This document shows positions 28,468-42,011 of a DNA stretch of 64,000 bases, in pieces; position 1 is the stretch's first letter, and each line of letters opens with the position of its first letter. A model generated the notes under the pieces. That model was not told the origin of the DNA. It worked only from the letters and a program-made list of their open reading frames with translations, and searched no databases. The translations under genes were made by a program, and so were the position numbers. This DNA comes from Octopus vulgaris. Its lineage: Eukaryota. Location: NCBI GenBank assembly GCA_951406725.2, contig OX597822.1:71920001-71984000 (forward strand). Reading direction: 5' to 3'.

Positions 28468-28542
28468 GGAAGTGCCTACACTCGAATAAGAGAAAATAAA
28501 CAGAGAGAGAATGAAAAAACTTGTAGGTTTCAGCGGTCCAAC

Positions 28543-28573
<31 letters not shown>

Positions 28574-28642
28574 AAAAGAATATATAACAGACACGCACGC
28601 GTACATATCGTGTCATGCCCGATAATTAATACAAAAACTGTC

Positions 28643-29003
28643 ACAGGTGTGGTTATATTGTAAAAAATTTGCTTCCCAACCACATGGTTCCAGGTTCAGT
28701 CTCACTGTGGCACCTTCAGCACGTGTTTTAGCCTCGGGCCGACCAAAGTTTTGTGAGTGGATTTGGTAGACGGAAACTGGAAGAAGCCCGTCGTGTGTGT
28801 GTGTGTGTGGTGGTGGGGTCTTTGTGTCTGTGTTTGCCCACCACTCCGTAACTTAGCGGTTCAGCAAAAGAGACCGATAGAATAAGTACCAGGCTTTAAA
28901 AAAAAACTGAGTACTGGGAGCAATTCGTTCGTCTAAAATTCTTCAATGCGGTGCCCCAGTATGGCCGCAGTCTAACGGCTGAAACAAGTAAAGAGATAAA
29001 AGA
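28643..29003 (+). mobile_element. SINE family A (diverged)
   Basis: Head, CORE-like segment and tail are recognisable. Confidence 0.8.
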
Positions 29004-29124
29004 TAGAACAAAGATCTGGAGTAATATAACGATATCTATAAATCAATGAAAGCTTATGGCGCTGGTGATCATTGGTTTCGTGGGAACATGTTTTCAGGCC
29101 CTGCGTAAAATATATAGTCTACAA

Positions 29125-29460
29125 CAGGGGTTCTCAGCCATTTTTTTACCTATGGACCCCTCTGGTTCCTGTTTCACTCGGGTGGACCCCCATAACCATA
29201 CGCTCTTTAAAAAGATCCTATGGTATCCTTATAACTAAATATTATTAAGAATTGTTTAAAAACTGTTAAGATATATTGGCGTAGGAGTGGGTGTGTGGTA
29301 AGTAGCTTGCTTACCAACCACATGGTTCCGGGTTCAGTCTCACTGCGTGGTATCTTGGGCAAGTGTCTTCTGCTATAGCCCCGGGTCGACCAATGCCTTG
29401 TGAGGGGATTTGGTAGTCGGAAACTGAAAGAAGCCCCTCGTACATGTATATATATATATA

Positions 29461-29491
<31 letters not shown>

Positions 29492-29532
29492 ATGTATGTA
29501 TGTATGTATGTATGTATGCATGTATGTATGTA

Positions 29533-29563
<31 letters not shown>

Positions 29564-29920
29564 GTGTGTGTGTGTGTTTGTGTGTGTTTGTCCCCCCAAC
29601 ATCGCTTGACAACCGATGCTGGTGTGTTTACGTCCCCGTAACTTAGCGGTCCGGCAAAAGAAACTCATAGAATAAGTACTAGGCTTACAAAAAATAAGTC
29701 CTGGGGTCGATTTGCTCGATTAAAAGGCGGTGCTCCAGCATGGCCACAGTCAAATGACTGAAACAAGTAAAAGAGTATAACATATACTTTACTGGTCTGA
29801 AGTCTTTTCATAGCCCCTGAAAATTATTGTGGACCCCCAATTTATTATATTGCATCTGTGGACTCCAAAAATTCTTATATGAACCATAAGGATCCATATG
29901 GACCCCGGTTGAGAACCCTT
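29125..29920. mobile_element. hAT/Charlie-like MITE with nested SINE A (29278-29777)
   Basis: CAGGGGTTCTCAGCC ... GGTTGAGAACCCT termini and repeated GGACCCC subterminal motifs. Confidence 0.8.
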
Positions 29921-31605
29921 CTAGAAAATTGTGGGTATTATTTTACAAAATGTGCTTTTCCCGAATTTCCGATCGCGTTAAAGGTGACTAACTCAACGAC
30001 TACGTTTGAATTATTCCCCACTTAAATGTTTCTTGTGAAATTTTGAAATAGCCAGAAAATTGCCTTTGTTAGGTATTGGGGTCTTTTGGAAATTTTTAAA
30101 TTAAGTGAAAATTTTCAAATTTTGCATATTTATGTAGTCTTTCACGCTGGATATGTTTCAAAAATATTTTAGAAAAATATTACAGAAGTTTAAAGCTTGA
30201 TGATTTTTACCCAATCAGAAAACTTGATTTGGAAGCTGGCATTTTGTGCATGTTGACAACGTTACGATGACTGATGACAACGTTGCGACGACAAAACATT
30301 AAACGGTGAAAGTTTTAATAAGTTTTAATGAATAGAGTCATGTGAAATGTTGTAAGAGGCGTGTATGTAATGCAAAAAAATACCAGAACGTTAAATCTTG
30401 AAAAACCAAAATGTTGTTCAGTTCAAGTAACGATCGAACTCCTGGAAAAGGCAGCTAAATCTCCACCCAAAGAGCACCCTGACATAATAAAATGAGGAAG
30501 GGCATACTAGATTATGGTAATCCAAGATAACTCTAAAACTATTGGGGGTTCAGCATTAGAATGTTTTTTTTTTATCATGAGTCTTCCCGATCAACCGCAT
30601 CCTCCTCGATTTTCAGTATCTCCATCATATACGAAAGAGTAAGCCGACTACACAACAGCTTGGTTTGTTACTATGGAAACGGGCACCAATGTGTTCGTTG
30701 CTTTCGATTGGCTAAAATAACTCCAAAATTTACAAATTTTAAAAGCTATTATCTTTTTATTTATCAGTCCAGGACAAAAATGAATTTCATTTCCATAATT
30801 AGCATACAAAACTATATCAATATATCAAATTTGAAATCGATTGGAACTAAATTGAAGGAATTGAAGAATGAAAGCCAAACAGAAAAGACCCAGAAATTGA
30901 ACAAAACAGCTATGTATGATTACGGGATATTAATCTTTTGTCAATGAAATGGAACTTAAAGTGTCAAATGAAGGAAGACTAAGGTGTGTAGAGAGAGAAA
31001 TAAGTAGGAGAATGCTTGGTGGAAAGTTGGAACTGGAAGGAGCAAAGAAAGACGAAGCAATACCAGATATCTAAGTTATATATGGTTCTAGTTGGATGAA
31101 TGTAGTGCTTCGCACTTCAGCCATAGATGTTTTACGATGTGCCTACAAATTTCGAATTATTTGATCTGGTGTTGAAATTGGGTTCTCAGTTGTGAAGGCT
31201 TTGGCGATTTTCTGGGGGTTTTTCAGCTGTACACAGATAACGTCTCTTATTTCCAAATTTTGAAAGGTCAGGATAATCTAGTCCGACACTTTTACTTTCA
31301 CTTTGCAGGTGTCATCTAGTTTTGTAAGGTATCGGTATCAAAAGTCTTTGCTGTTGATATTGTATTTTACTCATAGTAACTTATAAACACACACACACAA
31401 ATATATGTGTATACAGTTACATATGTATGTGTGTATATGTGTACATACATGCATGTATGTATATATGTAGTATGTGTGAGTATGTGTGCATGTATTCCAA
31501 TTACGAAATAGGTGTTTCTTTCATCTGCTGCTGAAATAGAGGCGTCGATGTGAAAGCTTTTAGCGACTTTTCTTTTTCTCTGCTTTATATGTATGTGTAT
31601 GTATG

Positions 31606-31677
<72 letters not shown>

Positions 31678-32069
31678 GAAAGGCAAAGCACATCCTTTAT
31701 AATAACAAAGACTATAAAAGCACGGAGTCATTCGAATAGAAACAAAAAAAATTATGTCCAAAGGAAAAAGAAAAATAACAAGAAATATGTGTACGTGTAT
31801 TTGTGTTGTGTTAATGCATGTGTGCAAGTGTATGTGTATACGCATACTTATATATGTTTAATAGTGACATAAATATGAAAACAGGTAGAAATAAAAATAA
31901 ACAGAAAGAGAGAGAAATTACTGCGATATACATATACAGATACGCATAAAAATAGACAAGATTTATGGAAGTCTATTTGTCAGTCAACCTGTACATGTAG
32001 ATAGGGGCAAACCGATAAACGGATGTGACAGCATTAAATGATGACAAAATGAAAATTGATGGCAGATGC

Positions 32070-32130
<61 letters not shown>

Positions 32131-32161
32131 TGAGTATGTGTATGTGTCTGTTTGTGTTTGG

Positions 32162-32241
<80 letters not shown>

Positions 32242-32329
32242 ATGTGTATAGATGCGTATTTATATATATGTCTGAGTGTGCGTTTGTGCATGTTTGTGTG
32301 TGAATATATATATGTGTGTGTGTGTGTGT

Positions 32330-32955
32330 GTACATACATACATGCGTACGTACGTACATACATACGTACATACATACATATATTCATACATACATACTAC
32401 ATACATACATGCATACATACATACATACGTACGTACATACATACATACATACATGCATACATACATACATACATACATACATACATACATACATACATAC
32501 ATACATACATACATACATACATACATACATACATACATGCATACATACATACATACATATACATACATACATACATACATGCATACATACATACATACAT
32601 ACATACATACATACATACATACATACATACATACATACGTACATACATACATACATACATACATACATACATACATACATACATACATACATACACACAC
32701 ACATACATACATACATACATACATTCATTCATACATCCATACATACATTCATACATATATGCATACATACATGCATTCATTCATACATACATGCATACAT
32801 ACATACATACGTTCATACGCACATACATACATACGTACATACGCACATACATACATACATACATACATACATACATACATACATACATACATACATACAT
32901 ACATACATACATACATACATACATACATACATACATACATACATACATACATACA
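32330..32955. repeat. ~625 bp (ATAC)n tetranucleotide array
   Basis: Directly visible. Confidence 0.97.
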
Positions 32956-33367
32956 TGTGTAGGTATACTTGGCAATGAGTGCAAAAAGAAAACAAGTTTT
33001 AACAATTGTTCTATTTGCTTGACGCTTAAAAAGATAAGAGTCTTAGCATTTCGGATGCGAGTCCTTCATCAAGAAAAATAAAAGAATAACTGAAGGTGGG
33101 AGGAAGATAAAAGGAATATAGGTTTTAAGCATGTTGTGAGAAAGAGAATGAAAGAAGAAAGGGAGATGAAAGAGAGAAGGAAAAGATAGAAGAAAGAAGT
33201 GAGGTAGTCGCGGAATATGAGGTGCGGTGTAGGAAATATTGATAAAAAGAGAAACTGTCCGCGTCAGCGTTAGAAATATGTATTAAAAAGGCAAGGAGCG
33301 GCGCTGATAGAAGACAACACGAGTTTTAACGAATGTTGAACATACATACACACATACACTCACACAC

Positions 33368-33439
<72 letters not shown>

Positions 33440-33756
33440 AAATTCCTAGAAGCTGACATGTCCTTATGAGACAAAGAAAAAGATATTACATTTAAAATTT
33501 AAATGAACCTAAGCAAGATGTCTCTCTCAGCAAGGTTTCCGTTTGAGACCGAAAACAAACTCAGGCTCTTCCATGAAAAAGATAAACTTAAAAGAGAAAC
33601 CCGTAAATATAAGATGAACGAATATAAGACGAAATAGAAGGCTTTCGATAAATTTGCAAAACATCAGCCTTAATGTGCAACAAAATAGCTCACTGACTGC
33701 AAGCCCCAAATGAAACACTGAATAAACAATTCTGAAGTTTTTTCGTCCTCTCGCAG

Positions 33757-33810
33757 GGATATACAAATAAATAAACCAGAAGAGTTTTTCATTAATACAC
33801 CTCTATACAG
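33757..33810 (+). other. Candidate isolated 54-nt exon
   Basis: Acceptor TTTTTCGTCCTCTCGCAG and consensus donor CAG|GTAAGT. One open frame (DIQINKPEEFFINTPLY), length a multiple of 3. No partner exon found. Confidence 0.25.
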
Positions 33811-34297
33811 GTAAGTGACACCCATCGATTATGTTGACATAAAGGTGGATGTAATGTTAGACACTGATGTGCTGTCTGTGTTCAGGTGTCAGCTTGCCAA
33901 GCCTCACCGGTTCCCTCTGTATTGTGCTGCATGCATGCAATCAACCGAGGTTCGATTTTCCAGTTTTTTTTTGGTGTTGTCAGTCCTCAACGTCTTTTAC
34001 GAGCACTCGCTCTCTTCCACTCCACATTTCCTGTCAGGATGGTGTAGAGCAGTGGCTTGTGGTGCGTTTCGTAAGTCCAAAATATTATAACTTTGTGGTC
34101 TTGATTCTCGACAATTAGCGACGCTTTTGCAATGTGGTAAACTTCCTTAAATGTTAAAAGAAGGCAAATATATGCTCTCTTCAGAAAAGAGGAAGCGGGG
34201 CAATAACTAAAAGTGACAGGCCTATCTCTCTGACTTTACGCATCAGTAAAATCATGAAACAATTTATCAGGGTTAAGGTTAGGGTTAGGGTTAGGTG

Positions 34298-34522
34298 TGA
34301 CAAGGGTGACCCTTTGAAATACAGGTACAACAGAAACAGGAAGAAAGAGTGAAAGTTGTGGTGAAAGAGTACAGCAGGGCTCGCCACCACCCCTGCCGGA
34401 GCCTCGTGGAGCTTTAGGTGTTTTCGCTCAATAAACACTCACAACGCTCGGTCTGGGAATCGAAACCATGATCCTACGACCGTGAGTCCGCTGCCCGAAC
34501 CATTGGGCCATTGCCCCTCCAC
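34298..34522 (-). mobile_element. SINE family C, 5' part
   Basis: Reverse complement of 16625-16855. Confidence 0.85.
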
Positions 34523-35019
34523 ATATCCATAAGGATAAGCATATTAAAAGGAATCCGTGGGAAAACTTATTGAAATAGAAGGGTTGGAAGCCACTGTTGG
34601 GAACTGCTGTTGAGAATCACTAAGAAAAGTTTGGAGACCACTGAGCTAGACAGCTAATCGCAACCCCAGTGATTGTTCAGTCATTCTTTTTCCATATTGG
34701 TGGCCACAGATTTCGTCGTAACATTCTGCTGGCAGTGAGTGCATGCTGCTGATAAAATCTAACGAAGCAGAAATGCGCATCTAACGTTCTCACCTGCTGC
34801 TGATGAAATATTTTCGTTTATTACCAAAATAGTTTGTATTTTTAAACACAACAGGTCCAAAAGAGATATTATCTTCGGATGAATACCGCAGTAAACCTTG
34901 TTTTATTTCGATGGATTTACATCAATTATTCCCCCTCCACACACACACGTATACACTAGTGTAGCTAAAGTGTGTGCCGCCCGGGGCAGCCCTTCAGTTT
35001 GCCTTCTCCGGGCCCTTAC

Positions 35020-37225
35020 ATATTTCTGATTCGTTCATCCTATGATGTTTTGCCATCACCTACAAATCTAGTAAGATGGAACGCCTCAGAGAATGATATA
35101 TGCAAATGCGGAAAGGTCGGAACACTGAAACATATTCTTTCCAACCGTTCATTAGAATTGAACAGGTATACATGGAGACACAAACTGGTCCTTAAGGTCA
35201 TCTTCAATGCTATAAAGAACCAAATTGATCTCAACAACAGTGAAAAAAACCGTTGAAAGTACCGACTAAAGATTTCATTACCTTCGTGCGCTCAGGACAG
35301 CATGTCCGTTTCAAGAAGAACAACAAACTTCCTGTGAGCGATGATAAGTGGAACGGCTATTGGGAAGTGACTGCAGATATACAAGGGAGCCAGGGACTCT
35401 TTCCCATCCCAGTTATGAAAAAACCGGACATTTTAATGTGGTGTGAAGGAAAAAAAAGTTGTGAATCTAGTCGAGTTAACTGTTCTTCGTGAAGATAACA
35501 TGGACACCGCTCGGGATCGAAAGACTGACCGTTATGCAAACCTCTTGGAGGAATGTGAAGACGCAGGCTGGAAAGCGGAGCATTTTCCAATCGAAGTCGA
35601 AAGGGAGGGCGTAGGTGGCCAATATGTTTATCGCATCGGTCATCATTTACTGCCTAACCGCCGTGCCCTGTCCCGGTTCGTGGTTGAGCAAGCTGGAGAG
35701 GCAGATCTTCCGCTTTTTGTGGAAGGGCACCCATCCTCTCGTGAGGCGTTCTATCTGCTGCCAGACGCCGTTGAATGGAGGACTGGGGATGCTTTGGCTG
35801 TTGATGCGCAAACATGCGCTGAGGTTGAGGCATCTCTGGCTACTCCTGAATGGTGAACAGGTGTGGTCTCCGCTCGCGAAACGGATGTTTCTCAGGTTCA
35901 CTAGTTTTAGTGGACAAGAAAGCTGGTTCCTTCGTAGAACGAGGTTGGGTACATGGTTTACGGAGTGCCGTAAAGCACTCCTACAGTTCCATCGCTCGGG
36001 TAATGCTAGCGGTTTTGGTACCACCACATTTTTCTATAGCAGGTTGGTAGAGGCTGGGAACGACGATACCCTAGAGGAAACCCTAGGTCTCGGAGATAAC
36101 CAGTTAGACAGTCTGTTCCGAAGGACGTTCGGGCTGGGGTGTTTGGATAATTTCCAAAAATCCCTGGCCTGGCAATGTTACCGAAGAGCCTTACCCGTTC
36201 GGGATAAGCTCGCACGACACGGTCGAACCACCACTGCCGACTGTCCAAGATGCGGACGGTATAGGGAAACTGTCCTGCACGCTATTGTTCAGTGTCCGGG
36301 AGTGTCTGAAGTGTGGGTTTATGCCGAACATCTGCTGTCAGCTTCGGGAAGAGTACAGCTGTCGTTTGAGTCAATCGTAAAAATTGACCCGCCGGATTTC
36401 CTCACGAAAGAAGGTAAGCAATGTTTTCTCGCAGTAGTAGCAATAGCGAAGGAAGTCGCGAATGAAAGGTTTAGCGACAGGCAACCTCATCTCCGGTCTC
36501 GGGTTGGTGAAATATTTTATCTTCCACCTTAAAAGGAAGGTGAGGCTGGAAAGAAGATGCCTGTCAAAGAAAATGTTCAAAGAAAGATGGTTGCATGTTG
36601 CGAGGGTGCTGGGAATGAAAGATTCCTCGTGAACATGTCATAAGTCTGCATACAAAAGTTTCAGTAGGAGAATGGGGCTCGTGGGGTCGGAGCGTAAGCC
36701 ATCTCTCTGCTTCATCTCATGTTTGTATTTCGTCCTTGTTGTATCTCATTCGATTTCATTATATTTTGTAAAATTTTAAAAGTCATATAATCATTGTGTG
36801 TCTGACCCCAATCAGGCTGTATTGTCCCCCTCTATGTTTGGGCCCATGTGGCTAATAAAGAAATTGGATGTAGAGGGTTTCTTGGACACAGTGTGAGACG
36901 ACTGTTGTTATCGTTAGGCCTAACTCATCGTAAAGTAAATACCACCATGACCAACATCCAAACTACAGTGGAGAAGGCTAGTCACTGGATTTGGTTAAAA
37001 AGAGACAATATTCAATAAACAGTTGATCTAGCAAGCGGGGCCTCAGATCAGTGAGTGGGGCCGGTGCGCAGTGATGCCGTCGAGAGGTAGGCCCCCGAAA
37101 CGGCGCGCATTCTCTCCTGATGACCCCATACACTTGCTGGCTTCCGGTATATGGAGTTCTCGACTGGTAGCACTTGCATGTGCAAGTTGTTTGCAAGACA
37201 TCTTGTATTTATGACAACTGAAGTA
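35020..37225 (+). mobile_element. HERO-like (R2 group, RLE) non-LTR retrotransposon 3' part, interrupted by a Tx1-like LINE
   Basis: FLIRSSYDVLPSPTNL, zinc knuckle CKCG...HILSN, RYTWRH, KPDI, LVELTV...RK..RY, GW...FPIE. The frame resumes after the insertion as EIGCRGFLGHS...EKASHWIWLKRD* at about 36860-37018, followed by a 3' UTR. Confidence 0.88.
35597..36864 (+). mobile_element. 5'-truncated Tx1/L1-like LINE (post-RT region and zf-RVT, 3' UTR)
   Basis: ORF 35615-36532: FRFLWKG, P.NGGLG, LAW.CYR.ALPV, CPRCG..RETVLHAIVQCP. Frameshifted tail ends at 36632; 3' end AATAAAGAAAT. Confidence 0.9.
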
Positions 37226-37497
37226 AATATTCTTTTCTACTCCAAGCGGAAGGCCCCCAAAATTTTTTTTTGCGTGGCGGGGGCGGGGCGGCTGTCGATT
37301 AGCTCGAACCAGTACGCAACTGGTACTTAATTTATCGACCCCGAAAGGATGAAAGGCAAAGTCGACCTCGGCGGAAAATGAACTCAGAACGTAAGGACAG
37401 ACGAAATACTGCAATTGAAGTAAATATTGTAACGATGAATTCCTATTTATTAAAACCTGCATATCAAACGTTTTGCTTTAATCATAATAACTGATAT

Positions 37498-37650
37498 AGG
37501 TGTAGGTGTGGCTGTGTGGTAAAAAGCTTCCTTCCCTACTACAGGGTTCCAGTTTCAATTCCAGTGCGAGGCACCTTGAACGGGTATCTTCTACTATAGC
37601 TTTGGGCCTTGTGAGTGGATTTGATAGACGGAAAGTGAAAGCATCCTTTC

Positions 37651-37697
<47 letters not shown>

Positions 37698-37938
37698 CAT
37701 ATATCTGTTTTTTTACTTGTTTCAATCACTTGACTGTGGCCATGCTGGAGCGCCACCTTAACGGGTTTTAGTTGAAGAAATCGACCCCAGGAACCTATTC
37801 TTTGTGATCCTAGTACTTATTCTATCACCCCCTTGTTGCCGAACCGCTAGTTTAACACACCAACATCGGTTGTCAAGCAATGTGGTGGTGGCGGGGACAA
37901 ACGCAGAAGCAAAGACACACAAATATTTATATACATAC

Positions 37939-37994
<56 letters not shown>

Positions 37995-38090
37995 ATATAT
38001 TACTCTTTTACTCTTTTGAGTAAAAGAGTAATATATACATACACACACATGTATGTATATATTACTCTTTTACTCAAAAGAGTAAAAGAG

Positions 38091-38097
<7 letters not shown>
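37498..38097. mobile_element. Rearranged SINE A: plus-strand 5' half, inverted 3' half, two tail-derived palindromes
   Basis: Head at 37498-37650 (+), 3' half at 37712-37925 (-), palindromes near 37996-38036 and 38056-38097. Confidence 0.7.
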
Positions 38098-38138
<41 letters not shown>

Positions 38139-38234
38139 CGGGAAGCTTTATGAAAATAAACAAAAGACGAAGGCAGGTGGAATACAAACAAACAATTGTA
38201 TTAGTATGGCGCTCAGGAATATAAATAAAACAAG

Positions 38235-38272
38235 TCTTTTACGTTTCGAGCCTACGCTCTTCAACAGAAAGA
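38235..38272 (-). ncRNA. Minimal hammerhead-like motif, variant core
   Basis: Minus strand TCTTT-CTGTTGA-A-GAGC-GTAG-GCTC-GAAA-CG-TA-AAAGA: stems I and II perfect, A6 replaced by U. Confidence 0.5.
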
Positions 38273-38364
38273 TACACGGAAAAGAAACACCGAAAGAAAC
38301 AAGGAGAGAAAAAAATGCATGCAGAAGCTAGCGAATCAACATATATATATGTATATATATATAT

Positions 38365-38411
<47 letters not shown>

Positions 38412-38417
38412 TATGTA

Positions 38418-38486
<69 letters not shown>

Positions 38487-38632
38487 TTGCGGCCAAAATG
38501 TTTAGAACGGCATTGTTTTCGTCAGAAAAGTAGGTATAATTTTTTATCAAAGTTGTTTTATATGCTATAATTTTCACAGACAATAAATACGATATTATTT
38601 GTTATTGTCTGAGATTTTGGTGTAATTTGGTG

Positions 38633-38663
<31 letters not shown>

Positions 38664-38920
38664 TTTGTTTGCTATTATGTTAAACTATCGTATGTCCAAA
38701 TTTGGCTAAATGGATTTTTTTTCAATATTTATATTTTCTTGCTATAGCCGGTTCTTTTGGTTAAACTAGCATATCTCCAGCTGCTTCAGATGCTAAGATA
38801 TGAAAAATTGTCAAAGTGTAGTACAATGGTTTTGTTATGGAATGGTGAAACTATTTCTATGTTTTCTGGAAAAGCAACATTTTAGGCTTACGATTCTTTT
38901 GCATAATAGCAGCGATCTAA

Positions 38921-39026
<106 letters not shown>

Positions 39027-39029
39027 GTT

Positions 39030-39061
<32 letters not shown>

Positions 39062-39833
39062 CACCGGTGTTGCTGTGTTTACGTCCCTGTTACCAAGAAG
39101 TTCGGCAAAAAGAGCCGATAGAATAAATACCAAGTTTTTAAAAAATAAAAAGGACCCTGGTCGATGCATTCGACTAAAAATTCATTAATAGGGTGCCCCA
39201 GCATGGCCACTGTCTAAATTACTGAAACAAGTGAAAGATAGAAGATAAACATTCTTTATATTAAAATAATCCGTAAATAATATCGTAACATTCTTTAGAA
39301 TTAAGTATTATTATATACAGATTAATTAAATAACATGCTTTTTAATACTACGGCGACGACGTATGATGTAAGGGAGACTACTCTGCAAGTTCCCTTTATT
39401 CCTCAATAGAAAATTTTAAACTTAAAATAAACTCCCTCTCATCCGTTACTGTCTACCATTCGGCATCCCGAAGAAAATAAATAAATAAATAAATAATGGA
39501 AACTGCTTTACTATTTAGTCTGGAGAATTTACTGTAATTTGTGTTAAGTAACTGTTGTTAAAAGAAAGTTTCTATTGTGTCCAAAATGGATCGTTACTTC
39601 TTAAAGTAGAGTATTTTGTTTTTATTTTGCTGCATTAAACAGCACCTACATATTACAGGTGCTGTATGAACATTTAATGTGGTTTTAGAGTCAAGTTTTG
39701 GTTGCTATTTCCAGCGTGGTGGTATCTCTTAGATACCCTAAATTATAATTTTAATAATAATTATTACCTTTGAAGGTTTGTTTTCCCATGCTGGCTACTT
39801 GATAATATCAATATTTAAATAACTATCTTATTC

Positions 39834-40566
39834 TTCATCATCGTCATCATCATCGTTTAACGTCCACTTTCCATGCTAGCATGGGTTGGATGATTTGACT
39901 GAGGTCTGGCGAACTAGATGGCTGGACCAGACTCCAATCTGATCTGGCAGAGTTTCTACAGCTGGATGCCCTTCCTAACGCCAACCACTCTGAGAGTGTA
40001 GTGGGTGCCACTTTCACGAGGGCCAATCAGGCAGTACTGGGAATGGCCACACACAAATGGTGCTTTTTATGTGCCACTGGCACATGAACCAGTCCAGCAG
40101 TACTGGCAATGACCTCGCTTGAATGATTTTTCACATGCCACTAGCATAAGTGCCTGTAAGGCGACGCAGGTAACGATCACGCTCGAATGGCGTTTTTTAC
40201 GTGCCACTGGCAGGGAGGCCAGCTTGTTGCTCTAGCAACGATCACACTCGTATGGTACTCTTAGTGCTCCACTAGCACGGATGCCAGTCATCGAATTTGA
40301 TTTCGATTTCACTTGCCTCAACAGGTCTTCGCAAGCAGAGTTTAGTGTCCAAAGAAGGAAAGATATGCATAAGTGGGCTGGTTACACCCCTGGCATAGGC
40401 CACAAGGTTATGGTCTCACTTGAGCTTGCCAAGTCTTCTCAAGCACTGCATATTTCCAAAGGTCCCAGTCACTAGTCATTGCTTCGGTGAGGCCCAATGT
40501 TTAAAGGTCATGCTTCACCAGCTCATCCCAGGTCTTCCTGGGTCTACCTCTTCCACAGGTTCCCTC
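39834..40566 (-). mobile_element. RTE LINE 3' end with repetitive 3' UTR
   Basis: (GAT)n tail, GGACGTTAAAC terminus and an RGRPRKTWDE-type end. Homologous to 42012-42700. Confidence 0.85.
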
Positions 40567-40823
40567 ATGTAAGAGGCTCAGTGCCTCAATTTGTAATGGA
40601 CTATTAATAGTAAGAACTGAAGTAAGAGGTTTAATACCTCGTTTTGTTTTTTTTCCTGTGTAAAACAAAAAAAGAAAAATGTTTTAGAGATGCAAAAAAT
40701 CAGTGGGCGTTTTTTGTCTTCCCCCATCAATATCATCCTTTTTCATCATTCATCTCATCAATGTTTTTGTCCAGCCCACAAGCTACTTTACATCATGCCT
40801 TTATGGCAAAATTTTGAAATAAA

Positions 40824-41364
40824 ATAGCTTGCTTACCATACACATGGTCCCAGGTTCAGTCCCACTGCGTGACACCTTGGGCAAGTGTCTTCTACTACAG
40901 CCTCGGGCTGACCAAAGCCTTGTGTATAGATTTGGTAGATGGAAACTGAAAGAAGCCTGTCGTATCATCATCATCATCATCATCATCGTTTAACGTCTGC
41001 TTTCCATGCTAGCATGGGTTGGACGATTTTGACTGAGGGCTGGTGAACCAGATGGCTGCACCAGGCTCGATTCTTGATTTGGCAGAGTTTCTACAGCTAG
41101 ATGCCCTTCCTAATGCGTGATATATGTAAATAATTATATGTGTGTGTGTGTGTTTGTGTGTTTGTGTTTGTTCCCTCAACATCGTTTGACAACCGATGCT
41201 GGTGCATTTACATTCCCGTAACTTAGCGGTTGGGCCTAAGAGACCAATAGAATAAGTACTAGACTTACAAAGAATAAGTCCTGGGGTTGATTTGTTCGAT
41301 TAAAGGCGATGACCCAGCATGGCCGCAGTCAAATAACTGAAACCAGTAAAAGAGTAAAAGAGTA
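40824..41364 (+). mobile_element. SINE family A with an RTE 3' tail (40965-41116, minus) inserted
   Basis: The SINE halves flank an RTE terminus. Confidence 0.8.
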
Positions 41365-41754
41365 AGATACTTCACATTGGACAGCATCAATACACCTCAA
41401 AATGTTAATTTGATAGACTATGGACACCTGAATTAAAACACAAAGAAAGTGGTTTATTCATTTTGAAAACAGTTTTTAGTTTCGATAATGAATTATTTCT
41501 TACATAACAAGTCAAAACTTCTGATGTAAAGAAAGATTTTATTATCAAGAATAAAAACTATTTTCAAAACGAATGCAGCTATTTTTTTTCCTATCTGTTT
41601 TCAGATAAGTATCTGTTATATATTCTAATGGGAAGGACACCATATGAACATTAACAAGCCATAATGAATAGTGACTAGATATGGCTTCTCTAATAAATTA
41701 CATTCAAAGATATAATGTAAACATACATACATACATACATATACATATATATAC

Positions 41755-41816
<62 letters not shown>

Positions 41817-42011
41817 ATAGATATAGATATATATATAGATGTATATACATACATATATATATACATATACATATGTATATATATACATATATATGTGTGT
41901 GTATATACATATATATATATAAAAATATATATATACATACACATGCATACACAAGCACACACACACATATAAACATATATATATATACATATACACGCAC
42001 ACACACAAACT

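Noticed and set aside
29978-30965. Possible Kolobok/Crypton-like DNA element starting TTAAAGGTGA
   Set aside because: No matching second terminus found.
34268-34297. TTAGGG-like runs (also 2650-2690)
   Set aside because: Only 3-5 degenerate units at repeat edges; not a telomere.
39585-41720. Plus-strand gene start CAAAATGGATCG with an acceptor at 41604
   Set aside because: All spliced frames stop within a few codons; not supportable as a CDS.
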